NCBI GenBank assembly: GCA_963729715.1
Contig: CAVSPA010000004.1
Location: 160,001-224,000 of the forward strand
DNA from: an uncultured delta proteobacterium
Lineage (GTDB): Bacteria; Desulfobacterota; Syntrophia; Syntrophales; UBA2185
DNA: 64,000 bases
Reading direction: 5' to 3'
The translations under genes were made by a program, and so were the position numbers. Of this stretch, positions 10,666-20,851 are shown in pieces. The notes beneath the pieces were generated by a model. The model was not told the origin of the DNA. It was given only the letters and a program-made list of their open reading frames with translations, and did no database searches. Each line of letters begins with the position of its first letter. Position 1 is the first letter of the stretch.

Positions 10666-10860
10666 TGTCTACAATAAACTACATGTGGATGTATGTCTCT
10701 TTATGTTCTAAACTGCCGAAATAAGATAATATTTTTTGACGTGGAGACTCAGTTGCAGAGGGTAATGTTCGCTTGCGAGATATCTCAATAATCATTCAGC
10801 ATAAAGAAGTCTCTTATTTTCAAAGAGTTAATAATTTTGGATGCTGGCATCATTGTTGCC
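10666..10860 (+). promoter_or_regulatory. Sigma54 promoter (-24/-12 at 10845-10859) with candidate enhancer and IHF site
   Basis: TGGCATCATTGTTGC fits GG-N10-GC; TGT-N12-ACA at 10666-10683; IHF-like TTTCAAAGAGTTA near 10818. Confidence 0.7.
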
Positions 10861-11080
10861 TGTTACACGGTCGCAATAACACAGATGGGGGGAGGTGATG
10901 GGTCAAACGTTTGCGCACGGTTGGGTTACCCAACAAATTATTTACGAATATACCAAGACAAGAAGGGCAGTTTGTAAAATGGGAACCCGTGTTCAGGTTC
11001 TCTATTAATGACTTTGAATTCTAAGAAAACATTATACGCTGGTAGAAGATTATTAAACTCACTAATTAGGAGGTTCAAGA

Positions 11081-12481
11081 ATGGAAGTATTAGGTATCTT
11101 GTTGAGTCTTTTCTTGCTGATGTTCATGGCATACCAGGGGTTTTCCGTTATATTGTTTGCCCCCGTATTTGCCCTTCTTGCTGCGGCTCTCCAGGGGCTG
11201 CCGGTCATGCCGTCTTACACTGAATTGTTCATGGCGAAGGCGGTAGTATATGTAAAATTATTTTTCCCCGTTTTTATGCTCGGTGCGGTTTTCGGGAAGG
11301 TTATGGAAGATACCCTTCTTGCGAAAGGGATTTCGCACGCCATCATGGAGAAACTTGGACACAAGCATGCCATTTTGGCTGTCGTACTGTCCTGTGCGAT
11401 TCTTACTTATGGAGGCGTCAGCCTGTTCGTCGTTGTTTTTGCCGTCTACCCGTTTGCGGCAGCCTTGTTCAAAGAAGCGAACATGCCGAAGCGTCTGATT
11501 CCTGGCTGTATTGCCTTAGGCTCATTTACATTTACGATGGACGCATTTCCGGGAACACCGCAAATACAGAACATCATCCCTACTACATTTTACGGGACAA
11601 ACGGTTATGCTGCACCGATTGCTGGCATAGTTGGCGGAGTTCTAATCTTTATCATAGGGATGATTTATCTGCAATGGAGACTCAGAAAGGCGCTGGGAAA
11701 AGGGGAAGGATATGGTGCGCACACCTTGAATGAGCCCGCGGAGGCAGCGGACATAAAGCTGCCCAAGTGGTACATTGCGATTCTGCCGTTGGTTCTGGTC
11801 TTAGGTATCAATTATTACCTGTCACGGGTTTATACCTGGGATCCTGCTATCCTCGCACCTCTAAGCGGCATGAAGCTTCCCTTGATGGCGCCTGCTGTGA
11901 AGAATGTCATCGGTATCTGGTCGCTTGTTATTGGCCTTGTTATGGGTATTGTTCTTGCCCTTGCACTTGGTTTCAAGAATATACCTAAGGATGGTGGATT
12001 GCAGAAGGCACTGAATATCGGCGCCATCGGATCGCTTTTGGCCATCATGAACACAGCTTCCGAGGTTGGTTATGGCAATGTCATCGCCGCGTTGCCGGGA
12101 TTCAAGTCCATCGCCGCAGCCCTCCTTGGAATCAAAATCGGTGGTACACCCCTCGTCTCTGAAGCGGTTTCGGTTACGACCTTAGCCGGCATCACGGGTT
12201 CTGCATCGGGAGGTATGTCCATTGCGCTTGACCTTATGTCCAAAGACTGGCTCGCTTGGGCAAACTCCATAGGCATGTCGCCGGAGATTCTGCACAGGGT
12301 CGCATCAATGGCATCAGGCGGTTGCGATACAATGCCTCATAATGGTGCGGTTATTACACTGCTCGCTGTCTGCGGGTTGACCCATAAACAATCATACATT
12401 GATATCTTCGCCATGACTGTTATTAAAACGGGCATGGTCTTCGTAGTTATCGCACTATATCTTCTCACTGGCATTTACTAA
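11081..12481 (+). CDS. GntP-family permease (hydroxybutyrate/short-chain acid type)
   Basis: LTYGGVSLFVVVFAVYP, PGTPQIQNIIP, AGITGSASGGMSIAL, PHNGAVITLL. Confidence 0.85.
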   Translation: MEVLGILLSLFLLMFMAYQGFSVILFAPVFALLAAALQGLPVMPSYTELFMAKAVVYVKLFFPVFMLGAVFGKVMEDTLLAKGISHAIMEKLGHKHAILAVVLSCAILTYGGVSLFVVVFAVYPFAAALFKEANMPKRLIPGCIALGSFTFTMDAFPGTPQIQNIIPTTFYGTNGYAAPIAGIVGGVLIFIIGMIYLQWRLRKALGKGEGYGAHTLNEPAEAADIKLPKWYIAILPLVLVLGINYYLSRVYTWDPAILAPLSGMKLPLMAPAVKNVIGIWSLVIGLVMGIVLALALGFKNIPKDGGLQKALNIGAIGSLLAIMNTASEVGYGNVIAALPGFKSIAAALLGIKIGGTPLVSEAVSVTTLAGITGSASGGMSIALDLMSKDWLAWANSIGMSPEILHRVASMASGGCDTMPHNGAVITLLAVCGLTHKQSYIDIFAMTVIKTGMVFVVIALYLLTGIY

Positions 12482-12508
12482 CAATGAAATTGGAAAGGAG
12501 AACAAACC

Positions 12509-13414
12509 ATGAAAAAACCGTTTAAAAAAGTTGCCGTGGTCGGCACCGGCATCTTGGGAACGCAGATCGCCATGCTTGCCGCAAACGTCGGGTACAAGGT
12601 GAAGGTCTATGATCCCCGGGAAGGGGCTTTTGAGCTTGCTTTCAATAACCGCAAAGCGGAGCTCAAGGGGAAGAAGATTACGCCGTTCATTCCCTGGGAC
12701 AGATGGGAGCGGATCAGAAAAGCCGTTGTGCAGGTAACGGACCTTCGCGAAGCGGTAAAGGACGCCGATTTCGTGATTGAGGCTGCGCCGGAAAATGTGG
12801 AACTAAAGAATAAGGTCTTTAAGCAGCTGGGAGCCATGACGCCGAAGAGCTGCATTATCGCTACCAACAGCTCGTCCATCCCCGTGTCGAAAATGGAAAA
12901 GAGCAGCGGCAGACCGGAACGCTGCCTAAATGTTCATTTCTACTTCCCCCTTCAGGGTACCAATATGGTGGATATCATGGGTGGGACAAAGACGCTGCCC
13001 GCAGTGATGAAGAAGGGAAGGGAATGGATTATATCCATTGGCTGCATTCCGCTCACCGTGAACAAGGAAATCCTTGGGTTCTGTTTCAACCGCGTGTGGC
13101 GCGCCATCAAGCGTGAAGTCCTCTATATGTGGGGAAACGGGTTCGTGGATTTTCGCGACTCCGATCGCGGGTGGATGGTGTTCACGAAAATGAAGGAGGG
13201 TCCTTTCGGGCTCATGGATAAGGTCGGTCTCGATGTGGTCTATGATATCGAGATGGTGTACTACAACGAGTCAAAGGATCCTAAGGACAAGCCTCCGGAC
13301 GCTTTGCTCAAGATGGTGAAGGCGGGAAAGCTCGGCGTAAAAAGCGGGAAGGGATTCTATACCTACCCGAATCCTGAATTCCTGCGGAAGGATTTTCTCA
13401 AGCCCAAGGGCTGA
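12509..13414 (+). CDS. 3-hydroxyacyl-CoA dehydrogenase family protein
   Basis: GTGILG Rossmann, IEAAPENVELK, ATNSSS, GPFGLMDKVGLD, GKLGVKSGKGFY. Confidence 0.9.
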   Translation: MKKPFKKVAVVGTGILGTQIAMLAANVGYKVKVYDPREGAFELAFNNRKAELKGKKITPFIPWDRWERIRKAVVQVTDLREAVKDADFVIEAAPENVELKNKVFKQLGAMTPKSCIIATNSSSIPVSKMEKSSGRPERCLNVHFYFPLQGTNMVDIMGGTKTLPAVMKKGREWIISIGCIPLTVNKEILGFCFNRVWRAIKREVLYMWGNGFVDFRDSDRGWMVFTKMKEGPFGLMDKVGLDVVYDIEMVYYNESKDPKDKPPDALLKMVKAGKLGVKSGKGFYTYPNPEFLRKDFLKPKG

Positions 13415-13425
13415 GTATTGTCATG

Positions 13426-13482
13426 CTTAACTGACCTCAGTGTCCAGTATCTCATAGAGTAAGGTCCCTGGGGTCAGTTAAG
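13426..13482. repeat. 15-bp inverted repeat / long hairpin
   Basis: CTTAACTGACCTCAG ... CTGGGGTCAGTTAAG (one G-U pair). Confidence 0.6.
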
Positions 13483-13586
13483 AAAAGCCTTGTGGACAAA
13501 AAGGCGGCCGGGAACCCACTGCCGGCCCCTAAAGATATAGGTGTCTCTGTTTATCATGGATCCCTTTTAGAATGAGGTGGAAGTTC

Positions 13587-13799
13587 ATGGAGAAAGTGAA
13601 ATTCAAAATCCCAAATATGGAATGCAAGTCCTGCGCGAATGCAATTGAGAAGAAACTAAAGTCCATGGCGGGAGTCAAAGCGATTGATATCGATCTTCAG
13701 AAAAAGATAATCAGCATCCAACACGACAATCCCAACCTGTGCCAGGAAGACCTTACCTGTGCAGTGGAAAATATGGGATACAAAGTTCAAGTGCCATAA
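13587..13799 (+). CDS. Heavy-metal-associated (CopZ-like) protein
   Basis: MECKSC metal motif, about 70 aa, ends GY; SD GAGGTGG. Confidence 0.85.
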   Translation: MEKVKFKIPNMECKSCANAIEKKLKSMAGVKAIDIDLQKKIISIQHDNPNLCQEDLTCAVENMGYKVQVP

Positions 13800-13960
13800 A
13801 GTGGTAACACCCGTGCGCGGGTTTCAGGGGTCAGTCCTGTCGTCAAAAGCTACTCTCATCAGATTGAGAGTTGTCTAAGGCAGTCCTGCATACAGAGAAG
13901 TTAATGCGTACACGCTATTACTTTGATCTTTATTAATTGGACGGGGAGGCGCTAACATTA

Positions 13961-14389
13961 ATGATAAAGGATCGGATCAGCTTCACTATTGGAGAAGAAG
14001 CAACGGTGACGAAGCTTGTCGGCGATGAAGATATCAAGGCATTTGCTCGGATATCGGGTGATCACAATCCTGTACACATGAATGAAGAATATGCGAAAGG
14101 CACCATGTTTGGCGGCCGAATAGCGCATGGGATGCTGGTTGCAAGTCTCATATCCGCCGTTTTGGGAACCAGGCTCCCGGGGCCGGGGGCAATTTACTTG
14201 AGCCAGCAGTTACGATTTCTTGCTCCTGTGAGGCCGGGCGACGAGGTGACAGCCCGTGCCAAGGTCATCGCCTGGGATCCAGAAAAGGGGCGTGTTACAC
14301 TATCTACGGAAGTTGCAAACATGAAAGGCATTGCCGTAATAACAGGGGAGGCACAACTCGTCATGTCATCGTACCTAAAAAAGAGATGA
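13961..14389 (+). CDS. MaoC-family (R)-enoyl-CoA hydratase
   Basis: FARISGDHNPVH, RIAHGML, LPGPGAIYLSQ. Confidence 0.9.
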   Translation: MIKDRISFTIGEEATVTKLVGDEDIKAFARISGDHNPVHMNEEYAKGTMFGGRIAHGMLVASLISAVLGTRLPGPGAIYLSQQLRFLAPVRPGDEVTARAKVIAWDPEKGRVTLSTEVANMKGIAVITGEAQLVMSSYLKKR

Positions 14390-14657
14390 CAGGGAGCATA
14401 CCGGGGTTATCTTAACAAGCATAATGATATGTCGGAGATCTTCGCATGAGATTGCAGGATTTTTGTCTCGATCTGGTCGGCCTTTCTTGGATACGTTATA
14501 TAACATACGCCCATCAGTGAGAAGGCGAGTATTTAGTTAAGTGGGCACTTTCTTTAGCACGTCTCCGCAATTCTGGTGTATTGAATTGACCATGCCCAAG
14601 ATCAATGATATGCAGCAGACGGGTTACACAGTATGAAATGGATGAGAGGTATGAATA

Positions 14658-14873
14658 TTGAAGATGAAGCGTGACAACCAGAAGATTACGGTCATAGCGC
14701 TTGTGCTTTATGGACTAATTATGTTGTCCTTAATTTTAATCTATCGCGATTTTCTGATAACAATCACGGCAGTGACAATTATGGCTGTGTTGTTGGTTCA
14801 ATATTTTGTTCCATTGCTAAGAGAGAGGAAAAAGCAGAAGGCAGATGCTGTTCCACCCAGTAAAAATGACTGA
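14658..14873 (+). CDS. Small hypothetical membrane protein
   Basis: 71 aa, two hydrophobic segments, basic tail. Confidence 0.5.
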   Translation: MKMKRDNQKITVIALVLYGLIMLSLILIYRDFLITITAVTIMAVLLVQYFVPLLRERKKQKADAVPPSKND

Positions 14874-15309
14874 GCTATCTTTTTTTCGTCAGTATCTCAA
14901 TAGAGCCTAATTTTCTTCAATTTGCGTCCTAATCTTTCTATTTTAAACTTATTCAGAAGAGGATTTAGACTTATTCACGTGACTAATGAATACATCTGCG
15001 AATCCAACTGTGTCTTGAATATAAGAAAATAATCAAAGAACCCAATGACCTATTTGCAAGAATTGACCAGGAGCGCCGTCAAAAAAGTGCAGCCAGTGCC
15101 TTCCGCCATTGATGAGACTAAAGTAGGCGGCGTCGGAAATGCAAGTCTCTAAGGCCCAAGGTAACAACAGGTCAGTCAGGTAGATAAATTCCACCTGTCA
15201 TTTCGCTGGCATACCGCTACATGACCAATATTGTGGGGTCAGATCAACAAAGAGTTTGAATATTTAACACGTCAGCGCCAAATGAATTTTATTCCTTCCT
15301 TGCTATCAC

Positions 15310-16191
15310 TCAGCTTCTATCCCCTGCTTTATGCAGCAGCATTTCCCAGTCCTCGTTCACCATTTGCTGAATCTGGTCGAGGTCCTGATCGGTCAAATGC
15401 TTGAAGCGGCCCTGAAGTTTGAAATATTCCCGCACGAGATATTCCTTGGGTTTATAATTGATGGTATACTTCCGACCGCCCTCTACCTCATAGAGGGGAA
15501 AGATATTGGTCTGTACGGCCATGCGGGCGATCTTGACGGACATTTCTGAGGGGATGCGCCAGCCCGTGGGGCAGCTGGCATAAATATGAAGAAATTTCGA
15601 TCCTTTCGTTTCCCTTGCCTTCTGGGTCTTGCGGAGCAAGTCGTCGGGAAAAGCAATACTGGCCGTCGCCACATAGGGAATCCGATGGGCCACGAGGACT
15701 TCCACGATATTTTTTTTCCGCAATCTTTTCCAGTCTTGACCGGTGGTGGTTGTAGTCCAGGCACCGTAGGGTGTGGACGAACTGCGCTGGATACCGGTAT
15801 TCATATAGGCTTCATTGTCGTAGCAGACATAGAGGAAATTTTCGTTGCGTTCCACGGCGCCACTCAAAGCCTGGAAACCGATATCAAAAGTCCCGCCGTC
15901 GCCGGCCCAAGTGAGCACGGTAGTTTCCGTATCGCCCTTCATGTCGAGGGCGGCCCGCACCCCGCTTGCCGTGGCACCGCCTGTTTCAAAGGCCGCATGG
16001 ATCACCGGGATCTTAAGTGCCGATAGGGGATAAGGTCCGGTGATCACCGACCAGCAGCAGGCAGGCAGGACCATTATGGTCTTTTCTCCCAGGGCCTTGA
16101 GCACAAAACGCATGGCGATCGTCGCGCCGCAGCCGGGGCAACCCACATGCCCGGAATTTACGAATTCCCGATCCATTATCTCAGTCAGCAT
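15310..16191 (-). CDS. porB: 2-oxoacid:ferredoxin oxidoreductase beta (TPP-binding) subunit
   Basis: GHVGCPGCG, GDGGTFDIG, YDNEAYMNTGIQRS, CPTGW. Confidence 0.88.
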   Translation of the reverse strand: MLTEIMDREFVNSGHVGCPGCGATIAMRFVLKALGEKTIMVLPACCWSVITGPYPLSALKIPVIHAAFETGGATASGVRAALDMKGDTETTVLTWAGDGGTFDIGFQALSGAVERNENFLYVCYDNEAYMNTGIQRSSSTPYGAWTTTTTGQDWKRLRKKNIVEVLVAHRIPYVATASIAFPDDLLRKTQKARETKGSKFLHIYASCPTGWRIPSEMSVKIARMAVQTNIFPLYEVEGGRKYTINYKPKEYLVREYFKLQGRFKHLTDQDLDQIQQMVNEDWEMLLHKAGDRS

Positions 16192-17350
16192 TTTTCACCT
16201 CCCGCAAGCCCATCCATACGCTTTCCTTCTGAGGAACATCGCTGGTTTTAGTCTGCCAGTAAATCATCTCAAGAAGTTCAGGCGTCACATCCCTGCCGCC
16301 TATGCCCGCCACAAATCCGAAAACGGTGGGGTGAACCGGCATATTGCACAGCGCCGCCCGTACTTCCTGGGCAAAGATCCCGCTGGCTCCGAATGAGAAA
16401 TTCCGATCGACGACGGCCACCTTCTTTACCGATCTGAGTTTTTCACGAATCTGCTCGGTGGGGAAAGGCCGCAACAGTTTCAGCTTCAGAATGCCCACCT
16501 TTTCTCCCTTAGCCCTTAGGTCCTGGAGCACGAGGCGGCAGGTGCTCGTCACTGTTCCCGTAGTGATAAAGACAATGTCGGCATCCCCGCAATCAATCGC
16601 TTCCACCGGACCATAACGGCGGTTAAACTGTGCGGCAAATGCCACTTCAATCTCATCGAAACGGTCCAGGGCTTCCTCCATCGCCATCGCGATATGATAG
16701 CGCATTTCCATGTAATCGCTGGGAGCTACCAGAGGGCCGAAGCCGCAGGGATGAGCCGTATCCAGTCGAAATTTCGGCTCGAAGGGTGGCAAGAACTGGT
16801 CTACTTCCTCTTGGCTGGGCACCTCCACCGGTTCATAGGTATGGGACAGATAAAAAGCATCGAGAACGATCATGACCGGCAGATTGACCGCTTCGGCCAG
16901 GCGGAAGGCCTGGAGGGTCGAGTCGAGAACCTCCTGGCCGTCTTCACAGTACATCTGTATCCAGCCGGTGTCACGTTGGGCCAGGCTGTCGGTTTGGTCG
17001 ACCCAGATGTTCCATCCAGGCGCGAGAGCCCGGTTGACCTCGGCCATGACGATGGGAAGCCGAGCGCCGGCGGCCCAGTGGAGCAACTCATGCATCAGGG
17101 CTAATCCCTGTCCGGAAGTGGCCGTAAAGGTTCGTACCCCTGTAGTCTGGGCGCCGATCAGCGCGGCCATACAAGAGTGCTCGCTTTCCACGCGCAGGAA
17201 TTTGGCCTTCATCATCCCTTTCGTGCAGTATTCCGACAGGATCTCTACAATATGGGTTTGCGGTGTGATGGGATATGCGGAAATTACCTGAACCTTCGCC
17301 AGCCTTACCGCTTCCGCGACCGCATGACTTCCCTCTAAGACCCGTTTCAT
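16181..17350 (-). CDS. porA: 2-oxoacid:ferredoxin oxidoreductase alpha subunit
   Basis: AYPITPQT, VESEHS, TATSGQGL, GIGGRD; ATG overlaps upstream stop (ATGA). Confidence 0.9.
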   Translation of the reverse strand: MKRVLEGSHAVAEAVRLAKVQVISAYPITPQTHIVEILSEYCTKGMMKAKFLRVESEHSCMAALIGAQTTGVRTFTATSGQGLALMHELLHWAAGARLPIVMAEVNRALAPGWNIWVDQTDSLAQRDTGWIQMYCEDGQEVLDSTLQAFRLAEAVNLPVMIVLDAFYLSHTYEPVEVPSQEEVDQFLPPFEPKFRLDTAHPCGFGPLVAPSDYMEMRYHIAMAMEEALDRFDEIEVAFAAQFNRRYGPVEAIDCGDADIVFITTGTVTSTCRLVLQDLRAKGEKVGILKLKLLRPFPTEQIREKLRSVKKVAVVDRNFSFGASGIFAQEVRAALCNMPVHPTVFGFVAGIGGRDVTPELLEMIYWQTKTSDVPQKESVWMGLREVKNAD

Positions 17351-19092
17351 GACTCCTCCTCTCTCAGGGACATGGCGTTGCGGGGGCATTCTACCACACA
17401 CAGACCGCATCCCTTGCAGTAGTCATAATTGATATGCCGTCCCTGATGATCCTTGTCCCGCATGACCGAAGTGTCCGGACAATAAATGAAGCAGTTGTCA
17501 CACTGGTTGCACAGACCGCAGTTGAAACAGCGTTCCGACTCTCTCATAGCTAGATTGGCGGAAATCTTCAAATCGATTTCTTCAAAGGATTGAACACGTT
17601 CTTCCTTGAGCAGCCGGGGCTGTATAACCCGGGGAATGAACCCGAAATAATCCGTGTTTATTTCCTCGTAACGAACCACATGGGGGTTCCGGAGCCGCCG
17701 CTCCCCGCCCATATATATCTCCATGGACAGGGACGGACCTTCGCCGACCCGGCAGGCTTCCAGCTTGGCAACAATTGCTTCGAGCCCCTCCCGGAAAAGT
17801 GTATCCAGCGCCATGGCTGCTTCTTTTCCTGACGCGACGGCGTGGACCACGCTCTTTGTTTCGTTAGTCAAATCTCCCCCAAAGACCATCACGGGGCCTT
17901 GATTCCCGCGGACTAGAACGGTGTGACTTAATCTCAGCAGGCCCGACGCACCGGCCGGAGGTTGATACCAGAGTTCATCGGCTTGGGCACCGATAGCCTT
18001 GAAGATCCGGTCAATCCGGACTTTCCGGGTTTTCCCCTCGTCGGGAGCCACCCGTGCTCTACCGCCCTCATCACCGGCAATTTTCATCTGCTGCAGGGTC
18101 AGTACGACCTGATCCTCTTCCCGGGCAACCGCAGCCGGAGCAACGAGTTCTTGAAGTTCCACTCCTTCCTCCAGGGCCATTTCCACTTCCAATTCCAGAG
18201 CGGGCATATCCTGACGGCGCCGCCGGTAGAGCAGCAACGCTCTTCCGCCCAGACGCACGACGCTTCGGGCCACGTCAATGGCCGTGTTGCCGCCGCCGAT
18301 GATGGCTGATACACCTTGGCAGGGAGGCGTCTCACCCTCTCGGAGTTTCCGGAGGAAATCCAGCCCCTCGCTGACCTCTTTCAGGTCTTCGCCCGGCACA
18401 TTCATGGACATTCCCCGGCCATGACCACAGCCGATAAAAACAGCATCATAGTCTTCCCTCATGATCTCCAGAACATCAGGACTCACCGGTTTTCCCGTAT
18501 AGATCGCGACGCCCTGTGCTTCAACTTGCTGAATATCATGGAGGAGCGCGTTCAGAGGGAGGCGATACAGTGGAATCCCCCAGCGCAGCACCCCGCCCGC
18601 TTCCGCTGATGCCTCAAATACATGGCAGGCATAGCCCAGCATGGAAAGGAACCACGCCGCCGAGAGTCCCGCCGGACCGGCACCGATCACGGCAATCTTC
18701 TGCTTCTGCAATGACATTTTCTCTAGATCCGGCTTTATCCCGTACCGGATAGCCGTATCTGCAAGAAACCGCTCGAGGCTGTGAATGGCAACGGCCGTAT
18801 CTAACTCCCGCCGGTTGCACTGGCCTTCACAGGGATGGAAGCAGACGCGTCCGCAGACGGATGGAAAGGGATTCTCGCGGAGGATCGTTTCCCAAGCCTC
18901 CTTGAAAAGCCCCTGGGAGGCCAACATCTCGATCCGGGCAATATCTTCCCCCGCCGGACAGGTGGCGCTGCAGGGCGATGTCTTCTCATCATACTGGGGG
19001 TGCAGAAACCGCCACGATCCCGTCTTATTGCTTTCCGTGGTGAGATAAGTCATTGGCATGAATAAAGGATTGGGATTCTTTGTTTCGTTCAT
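17347..19092 (-). CDS. Fe-S flavoprotein: PorD-like ferredoxin fused with GltD-like NAD(P)-binding oxidoreductase
   Basis: TGSWR N-terminus, PCSATCP, CGRVCFHPCE, GAGPAG, GGGNTAID, C-terminal CDNCFIYCPD and YCKGCGLCVVECP. Confidence 0.85.
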   Translation of the reverse strand: MNETKNPNPLFMPMTYLTTESNKTGSWRFLHPQYDEKTSPCSATCPAGEDIARIEMLASQGLFKEAWETILRENPFPSVCGRVCFHPCEGQCNRRELDTAVAIHSLERFLADTAIRYGIKPDLEKMSLQKQKIAVIGAGPAGLSAAWFLSMLGYACHVFEASAEAGGVLRWGIPLYRLPLNALLHDIQQVEAQGVAIYTGKPVSPDVLEIMREDYDAVFIGCGHGRGMSMNVPGEDLKEVSEGLDFLRKLREGETPPCQGVSAIIGGGNTAIDVARSVVRLGGRALLLYRRRRQDMPALELEVEMALEEGVELQELVAPAAVAREEDQVVLTLQQMKIAGDEGGRARVAPDEGKTRKVRIDRIFKAIGAQADELWYQPPAGASGLLRLSHTVLVRGNQGPVMVFGGDLTNETKSVVHAVASGKEAAMALDTLFREGLEAIVAKLEACRVGEGPSLSMEIYMGGERRLRNPHVVRYEEINTDYFGFIPRVIQPRLLKEERVQSFEEIDLKISANLAMRESERCFNCGLCNQCDNCFIYCPDTSVMRDKDHQGRHINYDYCKGCGLCVVECPRNAMSLREEES

Positions 19093-19110
19093 TTTAGATT
19101 CCTTGATGGT

Positions 19111-19674
19111 TTATCCGATCCGGCCCATCAGACAGACCGCTTCGAACGCCTCGTGGGCCGCCTCGATATTTCTCTGCGCCTCGACCTGGATGTCTTCACG
19201 GATAGCGGCCGCAATGGTCTCCATGGGGGGCATCTCCAGCATCCGGGCAAAGGCGCCGATCATGGTGGTATTGACGATGGGATGGGTCCGGGTTCCTAGC
19301 TTGTGATTCAAGGCGATCCGGTTGGCATCCACATGGGCCAGTTGAAAGCCGGCGAAGGGTTTCAGATTGGCAGGCGTCGATGGACTGTTGATCAGGATCC
19401 AGCCGTCTGGCTTGAGACCCCGGGTGACGTTGATGCTGTTGAGGAGGGTCTGATCCTGAACGGCTACATGATTCGGCGCGGTGACGTTGGTCCTGAGTAG
19501 GATCTTATTCTTGTCCAAGCGGACATAGGCTTCGACCGGCGCGCCCCGTCGTTCCACCCCGAAAAAGGGAAAACTTTGCACCTGATAGCCCGCCTCGAAA
19601 AAAGCTTTGGCCAGCAGAATAGTGGCCACCACTGTCCCCTGACCGCCCCGTCCGTGAAAACGGATTTCAATCAT
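19111..19674 (-). CDS. porC: 2-oxoacid:ferredoxin oxidoreductase gamma subunit
   Basis: MIEIRFHGRGGQG, FGVERRGAPV, PIVNTTMIGA. Confidence 0.9.
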   Translation of the reverse strand: MIEIRFHGRGGQGTVVATILLAKAFFEAGYQVQSFPFFGVERRGAPVEAYVRLDKNKILLRTNVTAPNHVAVQDQTLLNSINVTRGLKPDGWILINSPSTPANLKPFAGFQLAHVDANRIALNHKLGTRTHPIVNTTMIGAFARMLEMPPMETIAAAIREDIQVEAQRNIEAAHEAFEAVCLMGRIG

Positions 19675-19687
19675 CGCGTACCTCTTT

Positions 19688-20290
19688 TCAGGTTTTGCTC
19701 CAAACGACCACGATGGCCTTTGCTGGTCCATCAGTCAAAGAACGACAACTGTGATTCAGGACAGAATCAAAATAAATCGTATCCCCGGCGGAAAGGGTTT
19801 CGACCCGGTCATTGGTGCGAAATTCGAGCTTTCCGTCCAGGAGATACACAAATTCCTCTCCCTCATGGCTGGTGAAGACCATGTCAGCTGTCTCCATGGG
19901 GACAAATTCAACCAGAAGCGGCTCCATATGCTTGCCGGGCATCCTTGCTTCGAGGGCTTCATATATGTAATCGACTTCACCTTCCCGATGATGAGGACGG
20001 CGCTGGACCTGGACCCGCTCACCCGTCCGGGTGACGGAAATCTGCTGTGCCGGCGCCTCATCCTTGAAGAAATAGGACATGCCCACATTGAGCCCCTTGG
20101 CCAGTTTGAGCAGGGTGGCCACGGGCGGCATGACCTCATCCGCTTCGATTTCAGTCAGCATCGCTTTGGAAAGTCCCGTCTTTGCGGCCAGATCAGTCAA
20201 GGTAAAAAAGTTTTTTTCACGAAGATATTTGATCTTGCCGCCGATTTTGAGTTCCTTAACGGCAGAACTGGTTTGTTCGCCCTGTGGCAT
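19688..20290 (-). CDS. XRE-family HTH regulator with cupin domain
   Basis: HTH (LTDLAAKTGLS..LTEIE), HEGEEFVYLLDG cupin; SD GGAGG before ATG 20290. Confidence 0.88.
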   Translation of the reverse strand: MPQGEQTSSAVKELKIGGKIKYLREKNFFTLTDLAAKTGLSKAMLTEIEADEVMPPVATLLKLAKGLNVGMSYFFKDEAPAQQISVTRTGERVQVQRRPHHREGEVDYIYEALEARMPGKHMEPLLVEFVPMETADMVFTSHEGEEFVYLLDGKLEFRTNDRVETLSAGDTIYFDSVLNHSCRSLTDGPAKAIVVVWSKT

Positions 20291-20851
20291 CTTGTCACCT
20301 CCACCGAAACGGTTTGGATCGGTTAAAAAACATTCACATCCGACAGGCCTTGCATCATGTAAGTAATCAATATAGTGCATCCAGAAAATCCCGATGTCAA
20401 GATAAATGCTAACAGATAAATGCGACAGAAAAATGCGTTCCAAGCACTTGAAGAAAAATCATTGACTTTTATTTCTGATGGGAATAAATTTACGGTCAAG
20501 TCATGATACTATGGGCAGCCTTGGATGAGCTAGTTGTCCAGTTGATATGAAAAAAATGTTCATAATGTCGTCAGGGGGTTGGCGTGATCAAGGATCTTAG
20601 TATCAAGGACAGAAATTACCGGCCTTTTGATCAGAGTTTTGTCACCAGCCGGGGAACCATGAAAGAGCTTGTTGGTCTGGTCCGGCTGTGTACGACGGCG
20701 TTGCGTGTCCAAACATTCCGTTCCGTATTATAAGGATATCATTCTACCCTTAAAGGACAAAAAAGCGGGAACTGAAAATTCGTTTGAAATAATTCCATGT
20801 AAAATCGTGCCCGCTATGTTTTTATAAACAATATAGAAGGAGGTAAATTTC

